From contig CAIWCD010000013.1 in NCBI GenBank assembly GCA_903911145.1, positions 372,001-436,000 of the forward strand: DNA of 64,000 nucleotides, in the 5' to 3' direction. This DNA comes from an uncultured delta proteobacterium. Lineage in GTDB: Bacteria > Myxococcota > Myxococcia > Myxococcales > 40CM-4-68-19. A program made the translations under genes and the position numbers. How positions within the stretch are numbered: position 1 is the first letter of the stretch; each line of letters opens with the position of its first letter. The notes beneath the pieces are model-generated. The model was not told the origin of the DNA. It did no database searches and saw only the letters and a list, made by a program, of their open reading frames with translations. Shown piece after piece: positions 1 through 9,519 of the stretch.

Positions 1-1
1 C

Positions 2-1105
2 GGCACCAAGCCGCGCTCGAAAGTCACCAAGATCTTCGCCTTCGATGGATTGAAGCGCATCGAGATCGACGAGGCCGGCCCAGGCGAAATCATCTCGCTC
101 GCCGGCATCGAAGAGCTGACCATTGGCGACACCATCGCGGATCCGGAGATGCCGATCGCGATGGAGCGCATCCACGTCGACGAGCCGACCATGTCGATGA
201 TCTTCAAGGTCAACGACGGGCCGTTCGCCGGGCGCGAAGGCAAGTACGTGACGAGCCGCAACCTGCGCGAGCGTCTCCACCGCGAGGCGTTCCGCAACGT
301 CTCGATTCGCGTCTTCGACACCGACACGCCCGACGCCTTCCGCGTCATCGGCCGCGGCGAACTCCAGCTCGCGGTGATCATCGAGACGATGCGCCGCGAG
401 GGCTACGAGCTGACCGCGAGCAATCCCGTCCCGCTCACCAAGGTTGTCGACGGCGATGTCCACGAGCCGATGGAGCTCATGGTCTGCGACGTTCCCGCGA
501 CCGCCGTGGGCGCGGTCACCGAGCGCATGGGTCCGCGCAAAGGCCGCATGACGGAGATGCAGAACATCGGCTCCGATCGCGTGCGCCTCAACTTCCGCAT
601 CCCCGCGCGCGGCCTCGTCGGCTTCCGCAACGAGTTCCTCACCATCACGCGCGGCGAAGGAATCATGTCGTCGCAGAACGATGGCTACGAGCCGTGGCAG
701 GGCAAGATCGGCAAGCGCTCGAACGGCGCGATCGTCTCGGACCGCGAGGGCGAGACGGTGGCCTACGGCCTGTTCGATCTGCAGGAGCGCGGCGATCTCT
801 TCGTCGGCTCCGGCGTTCCCGTCTACGAGGGAATGATCTGCGGAGAGAACGCGCACCCGACCGATCTCGACGTCAACGTCTGCCGCGCGAAGAAGCTCAC
901 CAACATCCGCACGGTGAACAAGGACGAGAACGTCGTGCTCTCGCCGCCGCGCGAGATGTCGCTTGAGAAGGCGCTCGAGTGGATCAACGAGGATGAGCTC
1001 GTCGAGGTCACGCCCAAGAGCGTGCGCCTGCGCAAGAAGATCCTCCAGTCGGGCGATCGCTATCGCCTCGACCGCGAGCGCAAGCGGGCTGACGGGCTGA
1101 TCTAG
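2..1105 (+). CDS. typA: Translational GTPase TypA/BipA, 5'-truncated by the window edge
   Basis: Frame is open from position 2; motifs GREGKYVTSR, GRGELQLAVIIETMRREGYE, VYEGMICGE, KKLTNIR, ELVEVTPKSVRLRK are characteristic of TypA domains III-V and the C-terminal domain. Confidence 0.96.
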   Translation, partial: GTKPRSKVTKIFAFDGLKRIEIDEAGPGEIISLAGIEELTIGDTIADPEMPIAMERIHVDEPTMSMIFKVNDGPFAGREGKYVTSRNLRERLHREAFRNVSIRVFDTDTPDAFRVIGRGELQLAVIIETMRREGYELTASNPVPLTKVVDGDVHEPMELMVCDVPATAVGAVTERMGPRKGRMTEMQNIGSDRVRLNFRIPARGLVGFRNEFLTITRGEGIMSSQNDGYEPWQGKIGKRSNGAIVSDREGETVAYGLFDLQERGDLFVGSGVPVYEGMICGENAHPTDLDVNVCRAKKLTNIRTVNKDENVVLSPPREMSLEKALEWINEDELVEVTPKSVRLRKKILQSGDRYRLDRERKRADGLI

Positions 1106-1406
1106 CGACGCGGTGTCGTGACGCTCCCGGCGCCCGAGGCGGCGGGGAGCTCAGCGGCGAACACGCTCTGCTCGGCCCGGGGACGCGATCAGGATTTCGA
1201 GGCGTGGAGCGCGCCTTTTGCTCACGGAGCCGGGCGCTGGCGAAACCAGAGGCGCGATCGGAACGCCGTGCAGCGTGATGGGCTGAACGAAATGTTCGCC
1301 GTCCCGCTCCCGCCGCCTCCGGCGCCTCTTGCACGTCGACGAAGGCAGTGCGCTCGATCGTGAGGACCGGACGGAAGAGACGTCGCGCTGTTCAGTATGG
1401 ATGCGC

Positions 1407-3128
1407 CTATAGCCCGAGCGACTTGATGAATCCGTCGAGCGGAACCGACCAGAGCTTCCCTCCGACGCGCAAAAGATCGTGGCCCTCGCCCGTCGAGATC
1501 GGCTCGGTCTCGATGAACTGGCCATGCCCGCCGCCGTCTTCGTAGGCCTTGAACCAGGCGCGCGGCATCTCCGCGCCCCAGTAGTGATCGTTGGGCGCAT
1601 AGAGCCAGATCGACGGCGGCGCGGACGATGCTTCCATCTGCAGATAGAGTTCGCTGAGCGCTTGCGGTTGGCAGCTGTGATCGGGCGAGGTGGCCGCATT
1701 CCCGCCTGCGCCGCCGGAAAAATTCACACAACCGATCACACCCGGCAGATGCTTCGCACACGCGTTGATCGCGGCGACTCCGCCCACCGATTGGCCTTCG
1801 ATGATGACGCTCTTCGGATCGGCCCACGGCTGCTTCGCGACCCAGGCGAGCGTGCTCACTGCAGCCTCAGCCCCAACGTCGGAGGTGCTGCGATAGTCAT
1901 ACTTTTGCGTGCAGAACTGGTTGCTCGGGCCTGAGTTGCTCTCCTGATCGGCGCCACCGTTCGCGCCATATCCGGGGCGAATTGGCGCGACGACAGCGAA
2001 CCCGTGCTGAGTCCAGTAGTGCGCGTGGCCTTCTGAAATCCCCTCCCGCATCGCGCGGCGCTCGCTCTCTTTGGGTGCGCGGCCGTGAAGAAAGATCAAC
2101 ACGGGGAACGGCCCGGCACCGTCGGGTCGATAGACCTGCGCAGACATATCGACCGCGCTGGGAAAGGGGATCGTGACGTCGGTGGCGGCCGGCTCCGTCT
2201 TCTTCCAAGACAACTGGTTGTCGCGATTGTCGACGACTGAGCCGAGAATCCCGACCGTCAGGATGAACGGCATCCCCGCGAAATAGGCCGCGTAGGGAGC
2301 GAAAGAGCCGCGCTCGTTGCGCGCCTCCTTGGCGTCACCGGCCTCCGAGGGAAACAGCGCAGCAGAGAGAATCGCGCAGAGGATGCCCACCGGGATGAGC
2401 AGCGCACCTCCGGCGATCTTGTTGAACACGCCTTCAGGAGAGGCCAGGTTCTCGAGGACGTGAACGATCAGCGCAAGGAGCACGAGCCCGCTGGACGCGA
2501 GGAATGATTCGCTGAGCAGCTTTCCGAAGCTTGGGCCCACGTGGTGAGGAGGAGCCGCGACGAGAAGCGCGGCGGGCCCTGCGAGCAACATGGCCAGGAA
2601 GACGGGACGGAACGGAAGGATATCCCGAGGAAGCCCTTCGACCCCTGCCAGTGCCGCGACCACGCCGGTGGAGAACGCCGCGGTGACTGCGATGATCAAC
2701 CCGGTTGCGAGGGCGCCAAGCCTCGCGCGCGGCAGCTCGGTCGCAGTCGAGTCTCGAGCCAGGAGCGCGGCCTCGAGGGGAAGAAGCAAGAGGGCCTGCG
2801 CGGCGAACGGATAGAAGGTCGAGATGATCGCACTCGCTACACCACTGCCGAGCTTGCTCGTATCCTTGAAGAAACAGACGACCGCGGCAGCACCGATGAG
2901 GGTTCCGACCACCCCGCCAGCGAGCGCGCCGTTGCGCGCAGCCATCAGCAGCGCAAGCGAGTCGCGCGTGCGTCGAGACGCGATGGCGAGCGCGCCAGCC
3001 GCGCACCCAAAGACAAGCAGGAGCGGGATGAACTGCAAGAACGCAGCAGGATGACAGCCCACCGCCTTGATTCCGACTGTCGTCATCACCACGCCGACCA
3101 GCGCGGCCAATCCAACACGCATCTTCAT
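1407..3128 (-). CDS. Multi-pass membrane protein (MotA/ExbB-like segment) fused to a C-terminal dienelactone-hydrolase-like alpha/beta hydrolase
   Basis: Hydrophobic N-terminal ~300 aa; C-terminal part has YRPDGAGPFPVLIFLHG, nucleophile elbow GQSVGG, candidate Asp (APNDHYW) and His (GEGHDLL). Start is ATG 3128 or 3140; the ORF-track start at 3422 overlaps the divergent gene. Confidence 0.8.
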   Translation of the reverse strand: MKMRVGLAALVGVVMTTVGIKAVGCHPAAFLQFIPLLLVFGCAAGALAIASRRTRDSLALLMAARNGALAGGVVGTLIGAAAVVCFFKDTSKLGSGVASAIISTFYPFAAQALLLLPLEAALLARDSTATELPRARLGALATGLIIAVTAAFSTGVVAALAGVEGLPRDILPFRPVFLAMLLAGPAALLVAAPPHHVGPSFGKLLSESFLASSGLVLLALIVHVLENLASPEGVFNKIAGGALLIPVGILCAILSAALFPSEAGDAKEARNERGSFAPYAAYFAGMPFILTVGILGSVVDNRDNQLSWKKTEPAATDVTIPFPSAVDMSAQVYRPDGAGPFPVLIFLHGRAPKESERRAMREGISEGHAHYWTQHGFAVVAPIRPGYGANGGADQESNSGPSNQFCTQKYDYRSTSDVGAEAAVSTLAWVAKQPWADPKSVIIEGQSVGGVAAINACAKHLPGVIGCVNFSGGAGGNAATSPDHSCQPQALSELYLQMEASSAPPSIWLYAPNDHYWGAEMPRAWFKAYEDGGGHGQFIETEPISTGEGHDLLRVGGKLWSVPLDGFIKSLGL

Positions 3129-3273
3129 GACGGGTCCCATACCCTGACTCTGAAGCCGGCGCGAGCGAGACCAACTCGGGCGAGCAGCGCGCTCGGCACA
3201 CGCCATCGCTTGCCGATCGCGACATTCTTGCTCACGCGCGCGAGCAACTCGGCCGCCTGCTATAGAGCTGCCC

Positions 3274-3987
3274 ATGACGAAGGCGCCGCGACCGTGGCTG
3301 GTCTTGCCGCACGGCCCGTTCGAGAAGCTCGAAGAGAATCTCTGGACCGTCGAGGCCGAGCTGCCGCGCTCGCCGCAGATGAAGCGGCGCGCGCATTTCG
3401 TTCGGCTCTCGAGCGGCGCCATCGTCGCGCATCCGGGGATCTGTCTCGACGATGCGGCGATGCGCGAGCTGCAGGCGTGGGGTGAAATCGCGTTTGTGAT
3501 CGTGCCGAATCGGTTTCACCGACTTGATGCACACGCGTGGCGCGAACGATTTCCTCACGCGAAGTTCGTCTGCCCGCCGGCGTGTCGCGCGAGCGTCGAA
3601 GAGGCCGTGCGCATCGACGGGGATCTCTCGCTCATCCCGACCGACCCGTCGCTGGCCATTCACGCGGCCGAGGGATGGAAGGACGCGGAGCCGATCCTCC
3701 AGGTCAGAAGCGGCCCGCGCGTGAGCCTCTGCTTCAGCGACGTCGTGATGAACCTGACCCGCATGACGGGACTTGAAGGCTTCATCTTCAAGCTGATCGG
3801 CTCGGCGGGAGAGCTGCGCGTCACGCGTCTCGCCCGTCTGCTCCAGCTGCAGAACGCGGCCGCGCTCAAGGCGCAGTTGCTTGCGCTCGCCGACGCGCCC
3901 GATCTTGTGCGCCTTGTTCCCTGCCACGGAGAGATCGTCGACGCGGGAGCGGCGGCGTCACTGCGCGCGGCGGCGAATCGGTTGTGA
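3274..3987 (+). CDS. DUF4336-like / metallo-beta-lactamase-fold hypothetical protein
   Basis: VRLSSGAIVAH, VIVPNRFHRLD, LCFSDVVMN and LVPCHGE pattern of this MBL-fold family. Confidence 0.7.
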   Translation: MTKAPRPWLVLPHGPFEKLEENLWTVEAELPRSPQMKRRAHFVRLSSGAIVAHPGICLDDAAMRELQAWGEIAFVIVPNRFHRLDAHAWRERFPHAKFVCPPACRASVEEAVRIDGDLSLIPTDPSLAIHAAEGWKDAEPILQVRSGPRVSLCFSDVVMNLTRMTGLEGFIFKLIGSAGELRVTRLARLLQLQNAAALKAQLLALADAPDLVRLVPCHGEIVDAGAAASLRAAANRL

Positions 3988-4071
3988 CAACTCGCGCGAT
4001 TTGTCACATCGCGCAGCGAAGCAGAAATTCCGCAGGCACGAGTACACCGCAGCAACTCCAGGAGCGAATCC

Positions 4072-4923
4072 ATGTACGCAGCCAATCTCCTCAAGGATCG
4101 AGTCCTCGTCATCACCGGCGGCGGCTCAGGCCTCGGTGCCGCGATGGCGCGCCGCTTCGCTGAACTCGGCGCGCATCCTGTGCTGCTCGGTCGCACGAAG
4201 GAGAAGCTCGATCGCATCGCCGCAGAGATCGCCGCCGCAGGAGGACACGCGAGCGCGTTCGCGTGCGACGTGCGCGACGCAGCACAGGTGAGCGCAGTCG
4301 CCGACGAGGTCGTGCAGAAGCTCGGCCGCGTCGATGGCCTCGTCAACAATGCCGCGGGAAATTTTCTCGCCGCCGCGGAAGACCTCTCATCGAATGCCTT
4401 CAAGACGGTGATCGACATTGTGCTCAACGGCTCGTTCAACTGCACGTCGGCGTTCGGCCGCAAGCTCATCGCGCAAGGCAAGGGTGGCGCGATGGTCAAC
4501 ATCGTCACCACCTACGCGTGGACCGGCTCGGCATTCGTGCTGCCGTCTGCGTGCGCAAAAGCGGGCGTGCTGGCGATGACCCGCTCGCTCGCGGTCGAGT
4601 GGGCCTGCTACGGCATCCGCGTCAACGCCATCGCGCCCGGCCCGGTGCCGACGGACGGCGCCTTCTCTCGCCTCCTTCCCTCGGAAGATCTGCTCGAGAT
4701 GGCGAAGAATCGCGTCCCGCTCAAGCGCTTCGGTACGCAGCTCGAGATCGCCAACGCCGCGGTCTACTTGATGTCCGACGGCGCCGGCTACGTCACGGGC
4801 GACTGCCTCACCGTCGACGGCGGTGAGTGGCTGCGCAACGGCGGCGAGTTCAGCTACGCGACCGACTACGACCGCGACAACGTCAAGCAGATGTTCAAGG
4901 CAATGCGCGGCAAAGAGAAGTAG
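4072..4923 (+). CDS. SDR oxidoreductase, 2,4-dienoyl-CoA reductase (DECR)-like
   Basis: TGGGSGLG, NNAAGNF, PSACAKAG (Tyr-less active-site motif as in DECR-type SDRs), VNAIAPGP; AGGAG RBS upstream. Confidence 0.88.
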   Translation: MYAANLLKDRVLVITGGGSGLGAAMARRFAELGAHPVLLGRTKEKLDRIAAEIAAAGGHASAFACDVRDAAQVSAVADEVVQKLGRVDGLVNNAAGNFLAAAEDLSSNAFKTVIDIVLNGSFNCTSAFGRKLIAQGKGGAMVNIVTTYAWTGSAFVLPSACAKAGVLAMTRSLAVEWACYGIRVNAIAPGPVPTDGAFSRLLPSEDLLEMAKNRVPLKRFGTQLEIANAAVYLMSDGAGYVTGDCLTVDGGEWLRNGGEFSYATDYDRDNVKQMFKAMRGKEK

Positions 4924-5018
4924 GCGAGGCGAGCGTGTTCCGCAGCGCCACCATTTAGTTGTCTTCGACAAGTATTGGAACGACGCAGCGAGCGCTGTTT
5001 CTTTCGACCGGAATTAGC

Positions 5019-5144
5019 GCGGGGCGGCGGAGGGTGGCCGCCGCGCGCAGTTCAGGGGCGGCCGCAATCATCCCCGCAGCGAGCAAGTTCTGCGTCAGCC
5101 GCGGATGCATGTTTGAGCACGGCGGCCACCCTCCGCCGGCCCGC
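5019..5144. repeat. Intergenic inverted repeat (REP/REPIN-like palindrome) between convergent genes
   Basis: CGGCGGAGGGTGGCCGCCG (5025-5043) is the exact reverse complement of CGGCGGCCACCCTCCGCCG (5120-5138); pairing extends 5 bp outward after one mismatch. Confidence 0.75.
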
Positions 5145-5150
5145 AGCGCA

Positions 5151-5816
5151 CTAGAAGACGTATCGGACGCGCGGCAGAATCGCGATCGAAAGCAGGCTCG
5201 GACCAGACTGGCTGATGTACGCGAGCGTGTAGCGACCCATCAACTCAAGTCCGACGGTGAAGTGATCGAGGTGAGTCGCGTAGTCGAGCGTCACGCCGAG
5301 TCCAACGTGGATTCCGAGCGCGCTGCCCGGCACCGTATTCGTCGAGACGTCGAGCAAAGGGCCGGGCGCGAGCTGCGTGAGGCCCGCGACGATCTTTCCT
5401 GACAGCTGCAGCCGGTGCGCAACCTCGCCACCGAACGATCCGCCGAGCTCGAGATACGCAGACTCGAATGAGTCTGCCGCGGTGCAGGTGCCGACACCCG
5501 TTACTTTCGCGTAGCAGTTCGACGAGACCGAGCCGATCCCCAGTCCGCCGAATATGGCAGCGTGGTCACCGACCGTCCCGCCGACGACCATCGAGAGATA
5601 GGTCTGCGCGTTCGAAAGACCCGCGGAGCCGCCGAGCGTCGTGAAGACGCCCAGACCGGCCTCAGCGAACGCACCGTGGCGCGGCTCCGGATCGACGCCG
5701 TTCGCAGGAACCGGCGCAGGCTGATCCTGCAAGGTGACCGGCGCGACCTTCTGGTCTGCCATCGCGGGCAGAGAGACGACCGCACCAAGAACCATCGCCA
5801 CTGCTACGAACCGCAT
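5151..5816 (-). CDS. cglE: CglE/GltH-family outer-membrane beta-barrel protein
   Basis: Signal peptide; GVFTTLGG..SNAQTYL motif recalled from CglE; C-terminal beta-signal VRYVF; follows gltG as in the M. xanthus G1 cluster; GAGGAG RBS before ATG 5816. Confidence 0.8.
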   Translation of the reverse strand: MRFVAVAMVLGAVVSLPAMADQKVAPVTLQDQPAPVPANGVDPEPRHGAFAEAGLGVFTTLGGSAGLSNAQTYLSMVVGGTVGDHAAIFGGLGIGSVSSNCYAKVTGVGTCTAADSFESAYLELGGSFGGEVAHRLQLSGKIVAGLTQLAPGPLLDVSTNTVPGSALGIHVGLGVTLDYATHLDHFTVGLELMGRYTLAYISQSGPSLLSIAILPRVRYVF

Positions 5817-5855
5817 CGTGCGCTCCTCGCTGACGTACACTTGTTGCCTCACGAA

Positions 5856-7613
5856 CTACTGACCGCTCGCCTTGAAGACGTACGGATAGGTGACCTGCAC
5901 CGTTCCGCCGCCCGCAGGAGCGGGGAACACCCAGCGCTTGATGTGGTTGAGCATGCAGCTCTCAACCGTCTCGCTGGACATCGTCGTCTGCTGCACGAGC
6001 GCGTCGCCGACCCGGCCGTCGCCGCTGATGACGAACAGCACAGCGACCTTGCCGTAGAGGCCCGGGTCCTTCGTGAGCTCCTTCTCGTAGCAGTACTTGA
6101 TCTCGTTGTAGTGGCGCTGGATGATCCGGTTGATCACGTCGCGCGAGAGACCGCCGATCACGTTGGTCTTGCCCGGGATGAACTCGGTCTCGTCCTTGCC
6201 GCGTCCGCCGAGATCGATCGTGCCGTTGCCGCCGCGACCGCGACCGTTGCCGCCGGTGCCGAGGCCGCCGAGGCCGAGCGCCGTGCCGCCGCCGCCGCTG
6301 CCATTGCCGCGCGAGCCGAGACCGCCGGCGCCGTACGCATCACCCTGGCCCGCGCCACCCTTGATGCCGCCGAGCGCATTGTTGATGCCGGTGCCGAGAC
6401 CGCCAGGCCCGAGCACGTCGCTGGCCGCCCCCTGCGCGCCGACGCCGAGCTTGGACAGCGCCGCGAGCAGACCGGACTTCATGACCGTCTGGCGATCCTT
6501 CTCCTTCTTGTTCGGATCGACGATCGGCGCGCCCTTCTTGCTCGGGTCCGCGTCCTTCTTCTTCGCGTCCTGCTTGCCGAACTTGCCCTCGTCGCCCTTC
6601 GCTTTCGCGCCCTCCTTGATGCCGGAGAGCTCCTTGAACTTGGGCTTCTTCTCCTCGGGCTTCACCTGGTACTGCGTGAAGCGCGCCTGGTTGCGCGAGA
6701 GGTCGTCGCCGAGCATGTCGTCGAAGCGCGGCGTGATCTGGATGATGAGCCAGAAGAGGCCGAGCGCGAGAATCGCAATGAGCAGCGTCGTGGTGAACGA
6801 GACGTCGACCATCTCGACGAGGCCCTTGTCCGGCGCGCGAGCCGCCCGCACGTAGCGCGCGATCAGCGTCAGCTGCGGTGCGATCTGCACGACGATGCGA
6901 TCGTCCGACTGCACCGTGTATGCGTAGCCGGAAAATGGCGCCTCGACCCGCTGCGCCTTGCCCGTGCGCGAGAGCGATTCAAGGGAATCAATGCCCTTGC
7001 CGCTCGAGTGGTGGATTTCGCTGTTGAGATTCGCCGGGATGGTGAACACCAGCTCGCTGCCGACCGCGTTGACGATGCGGAAGTTCTTCGGCAGGTCGGT
7101 CGAGGGGAAATCGAAGATCTCGCCGACCTTGAGGTGACCGCCCTTCGCGATCTGCTCGAGCTCGACCAGCGTCTCATTGCCCCAGACGAGCCCGACGAGC
7201 AGCACGCGATCATCCTGTCGCGGCTTCTCGTCATCGAGGAGCGTGTCAAAGAGCAGCAGCTGTGCGGCCGCGGCGTCGGCAACATGCGAGGCCAGCGGTG
7301 CGCTCTCGTGGCCTGCGTGATGCGATCGGCTCGCGGCAGCGGCAACCCGCCCCGGAGGAACAGCGCGCGACGCGGGACGCGGTGCCGCACCAGGAGCCGG
7401 TGCGCGCGCAGCAGGCGCGGAAGAAGTTGCCGCGCTTGGAGCGGCAGCGCGAGGAGCGGGGGCGCGAGGAGCGGGCGCGCGTGGTGCGGGAGCAAGTGCC
7501 ATCGCGCCGACCGCGTCATTCAGCGTCGCGCCTTCCGGATCCTCCTCCATCGTAGCCCGAGGATCGGTCACGTCGTCAGCGTGCGCCCTGCTCTTCTTGT
7601 TGTCGTTCGCCAT
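5856..7613 (-). CDS. gltG: GltG/PglI-family TonB/TolA-like inner-membrane protein
   Basis: Single TM (TTLLIAILALGLFWLII), long Gly-rich linker (GPGGLGTGINNALGG...GGLGSRG..GGGG), C-terminal AgmX/PglI TonB-C domain (RHYNEIKYCYEKEL...KRWVFPAPAGGGTVQVTYPYVF). Confidence 0.9.
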   Translation of the reverse strand: MANDNKKSRAHADDVTDPRATMEEDPEGATLNDAVGAMALAPAPRAPAPRAPAPRAAAPSAATSSAPAARAPAPGAAPRPASRAVPPGRVAAAASRSHHAGHESAPLASHVADAAAAQLLLFDTLLDDEKPRQDDRVLLVGLVWGNETLVELEQIAKGGHLKVGEIFDFPSTDLPKNFRIVNAVGSELVFTIPANLNSEIHHSSGKGIDSLESLSRTGKAQRVEAPFSGYAYTVQSDDRIVVQIAPQLTLIARYVRAARAPDKGLVEMVDVSFTTTLLIAILALGLFWLIIQITPRFDDMLGDDLSRNQARFTQYQVKPEEKKPKFKELSGIKEGAKAKGDEGKFGKQDAKKKDADPSKKGAPIVDPNKKEKDRQTVMKSGLLAALSKLGVGAQGAASDVLGPGGLGTGINNALGGIKGGAGQGDAYGAGGLGSRGNGSGGGGTALGLGGLGTGGNGRGRGGNGTIDLGGRGKDETEFIPGKTNVIGGLSRDVINRIIQRHYNEIKYCYEKELTKDPGLYGKVAVLFVISGDGRVGDALVQQTTMSSETVESCMLNHIKRWVFPAPAGGGTVQVTYPYVFKASGQ

Positions 7614-7640
7614 CGAAGACCTCTTCGTCAGGAGCGGGCG

Positions 7641-7931
7641 TTACAGGTTGTCAGCAGACTTCTGCAGTTCGGGATTGAAGTTGTCCCGCAGCTTGATGAG
7701 CGACTGGAACCGCGTCTTGTTGCGGTTCAAGAGGTAGCTGCCCTCAGGCTTGGTGAGTTCGCCTTCGACGCTCACGTCGCCGAAGTCGATGACCGTGCGC
7801 TTGCGCACGATGGTCTTGTCGGCCTCTTGCACGACGCGCTTCTCGCCCTCAGCGGGAGCGGCCTTGGTGCCCGCGGCCTGCGCCGAGAACGACGCGAGTG
7901 CGAGTGCAGCAACGATGACGATTCGCTTCAT
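7641..7931 (-). CDS. gltF: GltF/CglF-family small periplasmic/OM-associated protein
   Basis: GGAGG RBS, signal peptide MKRIVIVAALALASFSAQA, motif RKRTVIDFGDVSVEGELTKPEGSY...F.SLIKLR.NF.PEL. Confidence 0.88.
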   Translation of the reverse strand: MKRIVIVAALALASFSAQAAGTKAAPAEGEKRVVQEADKTIVRKRTVIDFGDVSVEGELTKPEGSYLLNRNKTRFQSLIKLRDNFNPELQKSADNL

Positions 7932-8034
7932 GGCAACCTCCTGCAGCTGCTTCCTATCGGCGCTAGCACGAGCACCGGCGTCGCATCCATCAGCCGATCG
8001 ACGTTCGAACGGCACTCTCGATCTACCTTGCACA

Positions 8035-9519
8035 TCACTTCGTCGGCTCCGCAGCGGGTGCCGGTGCAGCCGTCGGCGCTGCCGGCTGGTCAACCGGCGC
8101 GGCCGCGGCCGGCGCAGAAGCTGGCGGAGCGGCCGGTGCGGAAGCGGGCGGAGCGTCCGCCGCAGGAGCCGTCGGAGCAGGCCCGGGCGACGGAGCGGGA
8201 GCAGTCGCGGGAGTCGAGGCAGGAGCGACGCCTGCCGGAGGAATCGCCGTCGCGTCGTCCGTATTGAGCGCCGGAACAGGTGCAGGCGCAGCGTCGGTCG
8301 CCGAGCCCGCAGCACCTGCAGGCAGAGCCAGCGCCGAGATGTCCGAGCCGGCGCTCTTGTTCTCATGCTTCTGCTCGGGCGGCGGCGCGACCTTGGGAGG
8401 ATTCTTCAATCGCAGATCGATCTGCGCGATCTGGTTCTGGGCATCCTTCAAGCGGGTCGCGTTGGGAAGCTGCGCATACGACTGGAACGCAGCCATCGAC
8501 TCCGGCAGCTTGTTCTGCGCCTTGAGCGTCGTCGCCTTGCCGTAGAGCGCGTCATCCTGGCCCGGCTTGAGCGAGAGCACCTTCTCGTAGGCGCCCTGCG
8601 CCTCGACCGACTTCTTCAATCCCTCGAGCGACCAGCCGTACGCGAGCTCCTCGTCCCACCGCGCGGGATCGAGCACCGTCGCCTTCGAATAGGCATCCGC
8701 CGCTGCCGGATAGTCGCGATAGCTGAGCGCAAGCGCGCCGAGATTGGCCCAGGCCGCAGCGCAATTCGGATCGAGCTTGAGCGCCTCATTGAAGCGGTCG
8801 CGCGCACCGACGAGCTCCCCGCGATTCCAAGCGAGCACGCCGAGGTTGTTCGAGATGCCCGGGTCCTTGCCGTCGAGCTTGCGCGCATTGATGAGCGCCG
8901 TCTCGGCCAGGCGCGGCTTTCCGCGATCGAGGTAGATCAGCGCGAGGTTCTTGTACGCATCCGGATCGCTGGGGTGGTGCACCAGCACGCGGCGCACCAT
9001 CGCCTCCGCCTCGTCGAGCTTCTTCTCGAGACGCAGGATCCCCGCGAGTGCGCTGAGCAGCTTCGGCTCCCCCTCGCGCTTCTGCAGCGCCGAACGAACC
9101 GTCTGATCCGCATCGGGCAGTGCATCGCGCAGGCGATACAGACGAGCAAGGTTGAGCGCCGCGCCGAGGTGATCGGGCGCAACCGTCAACGTGCGTCGAT
9201 AGAGGTCGATCGCGTGCGGCAGATTCCCTTGCTGCTCGGCGATCCATCCCGACTCGAAGAGCGCCTCGACGTTGTTCGGGTCACGCGCCAGCGTCGCATC
9301 GAGGCCAGCCTGCGCCCCCGCGAAGTCGCGCGACGCCAGCTGGCTGTGCGCCTGGCGATAGAGCTCATCGGGCGTCTTCTCGACGGGCGCCTGCATCTGC
9401 GAGTCGGGAGTTGGCTTTACTTCCGCAGGAGCGCACGCAGCAACAGCCATCGCGGCGGCGACTGCGCCACCCTTGACCGCACTGCGGAAGAACTTCGCAC
9501 AGCGCAATGACGACCTCAC
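8035..9519 (-). CDS. gltE: GltE/AglT-family TPR lipoprotein
   Basis: Lipobox AVAAC, multiple TPR repeats, Pro/Ala-rich tail; GTG start overlaps the gltD stop (GTGA); position between gltD and gltF. Confidence 0.75.
   Translation of the reverse strand: MRSSLRCAKFFRSAVKGGAVAAAMAVAACAPAEVKPTPDSQMQAPVEKTPDELYRQAHSQLASRDFAGAQAGLDATLARDPNNVEALFESGWIAEQQGNLPHAIDLYRRTLTVAPDHLGAALNLARLYRLRDALPDADQTVRSALQKREGEPKLLSALAGILRLEKKLDEAEAMVRRVLVHHPSDPDAYKNLALIYLDRGKPRLAETALINARKLDGKDPGISNNLGVLAWNRGELVGARDRFNEALKLDPNCAAAWANLGALALSYRDYPAAADAYSKATVLDPARWDEELAYGWSLEGLKKSVEAQGAYEKVLSLKPGQDDALYGKATTLKAQNKLPESMAAFQSYAQLPNATRLKDAQNQIAQIDLRLKNPPKVAPPPEQKHENKSAGSDISALALPAGAAGSATDAAPAPVPALNTDDATAIPPAGVAPASTPATAPAPSPGPAPTAPAADAPPASAPAAPPASAPAAAAPVDQPAAPTAAPAPAAEPTK

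Noticed and set aside
1106..1406. Short ORFs between typA and the hydrolase gene
   Set aside because: No recognisable motif or RBS; conflicting frames; left unannotated.
3141..3422. N-terminal extension of the ORF-track 1407..3422 protein
   Set aside because: Overlaps the divergent DUF4336-like gene; the hydrophobic N-terminus begins at 3140/3128.
7440..7495. Imperfect 15-bp tandem repeat
   Set aside because: Encodes the APRAP low-complexity linker of GltG; not a CRISPR or non-coding repeat.
5562..8267. 901-aa plus-strand ORF (and similar ones at 7750-9510, 9507-11450, 11550-12932)
   Set aside because: Antisense shadows of the glt genes produced by high-GC codon bias; Arg/Ala-rich with no motifs.
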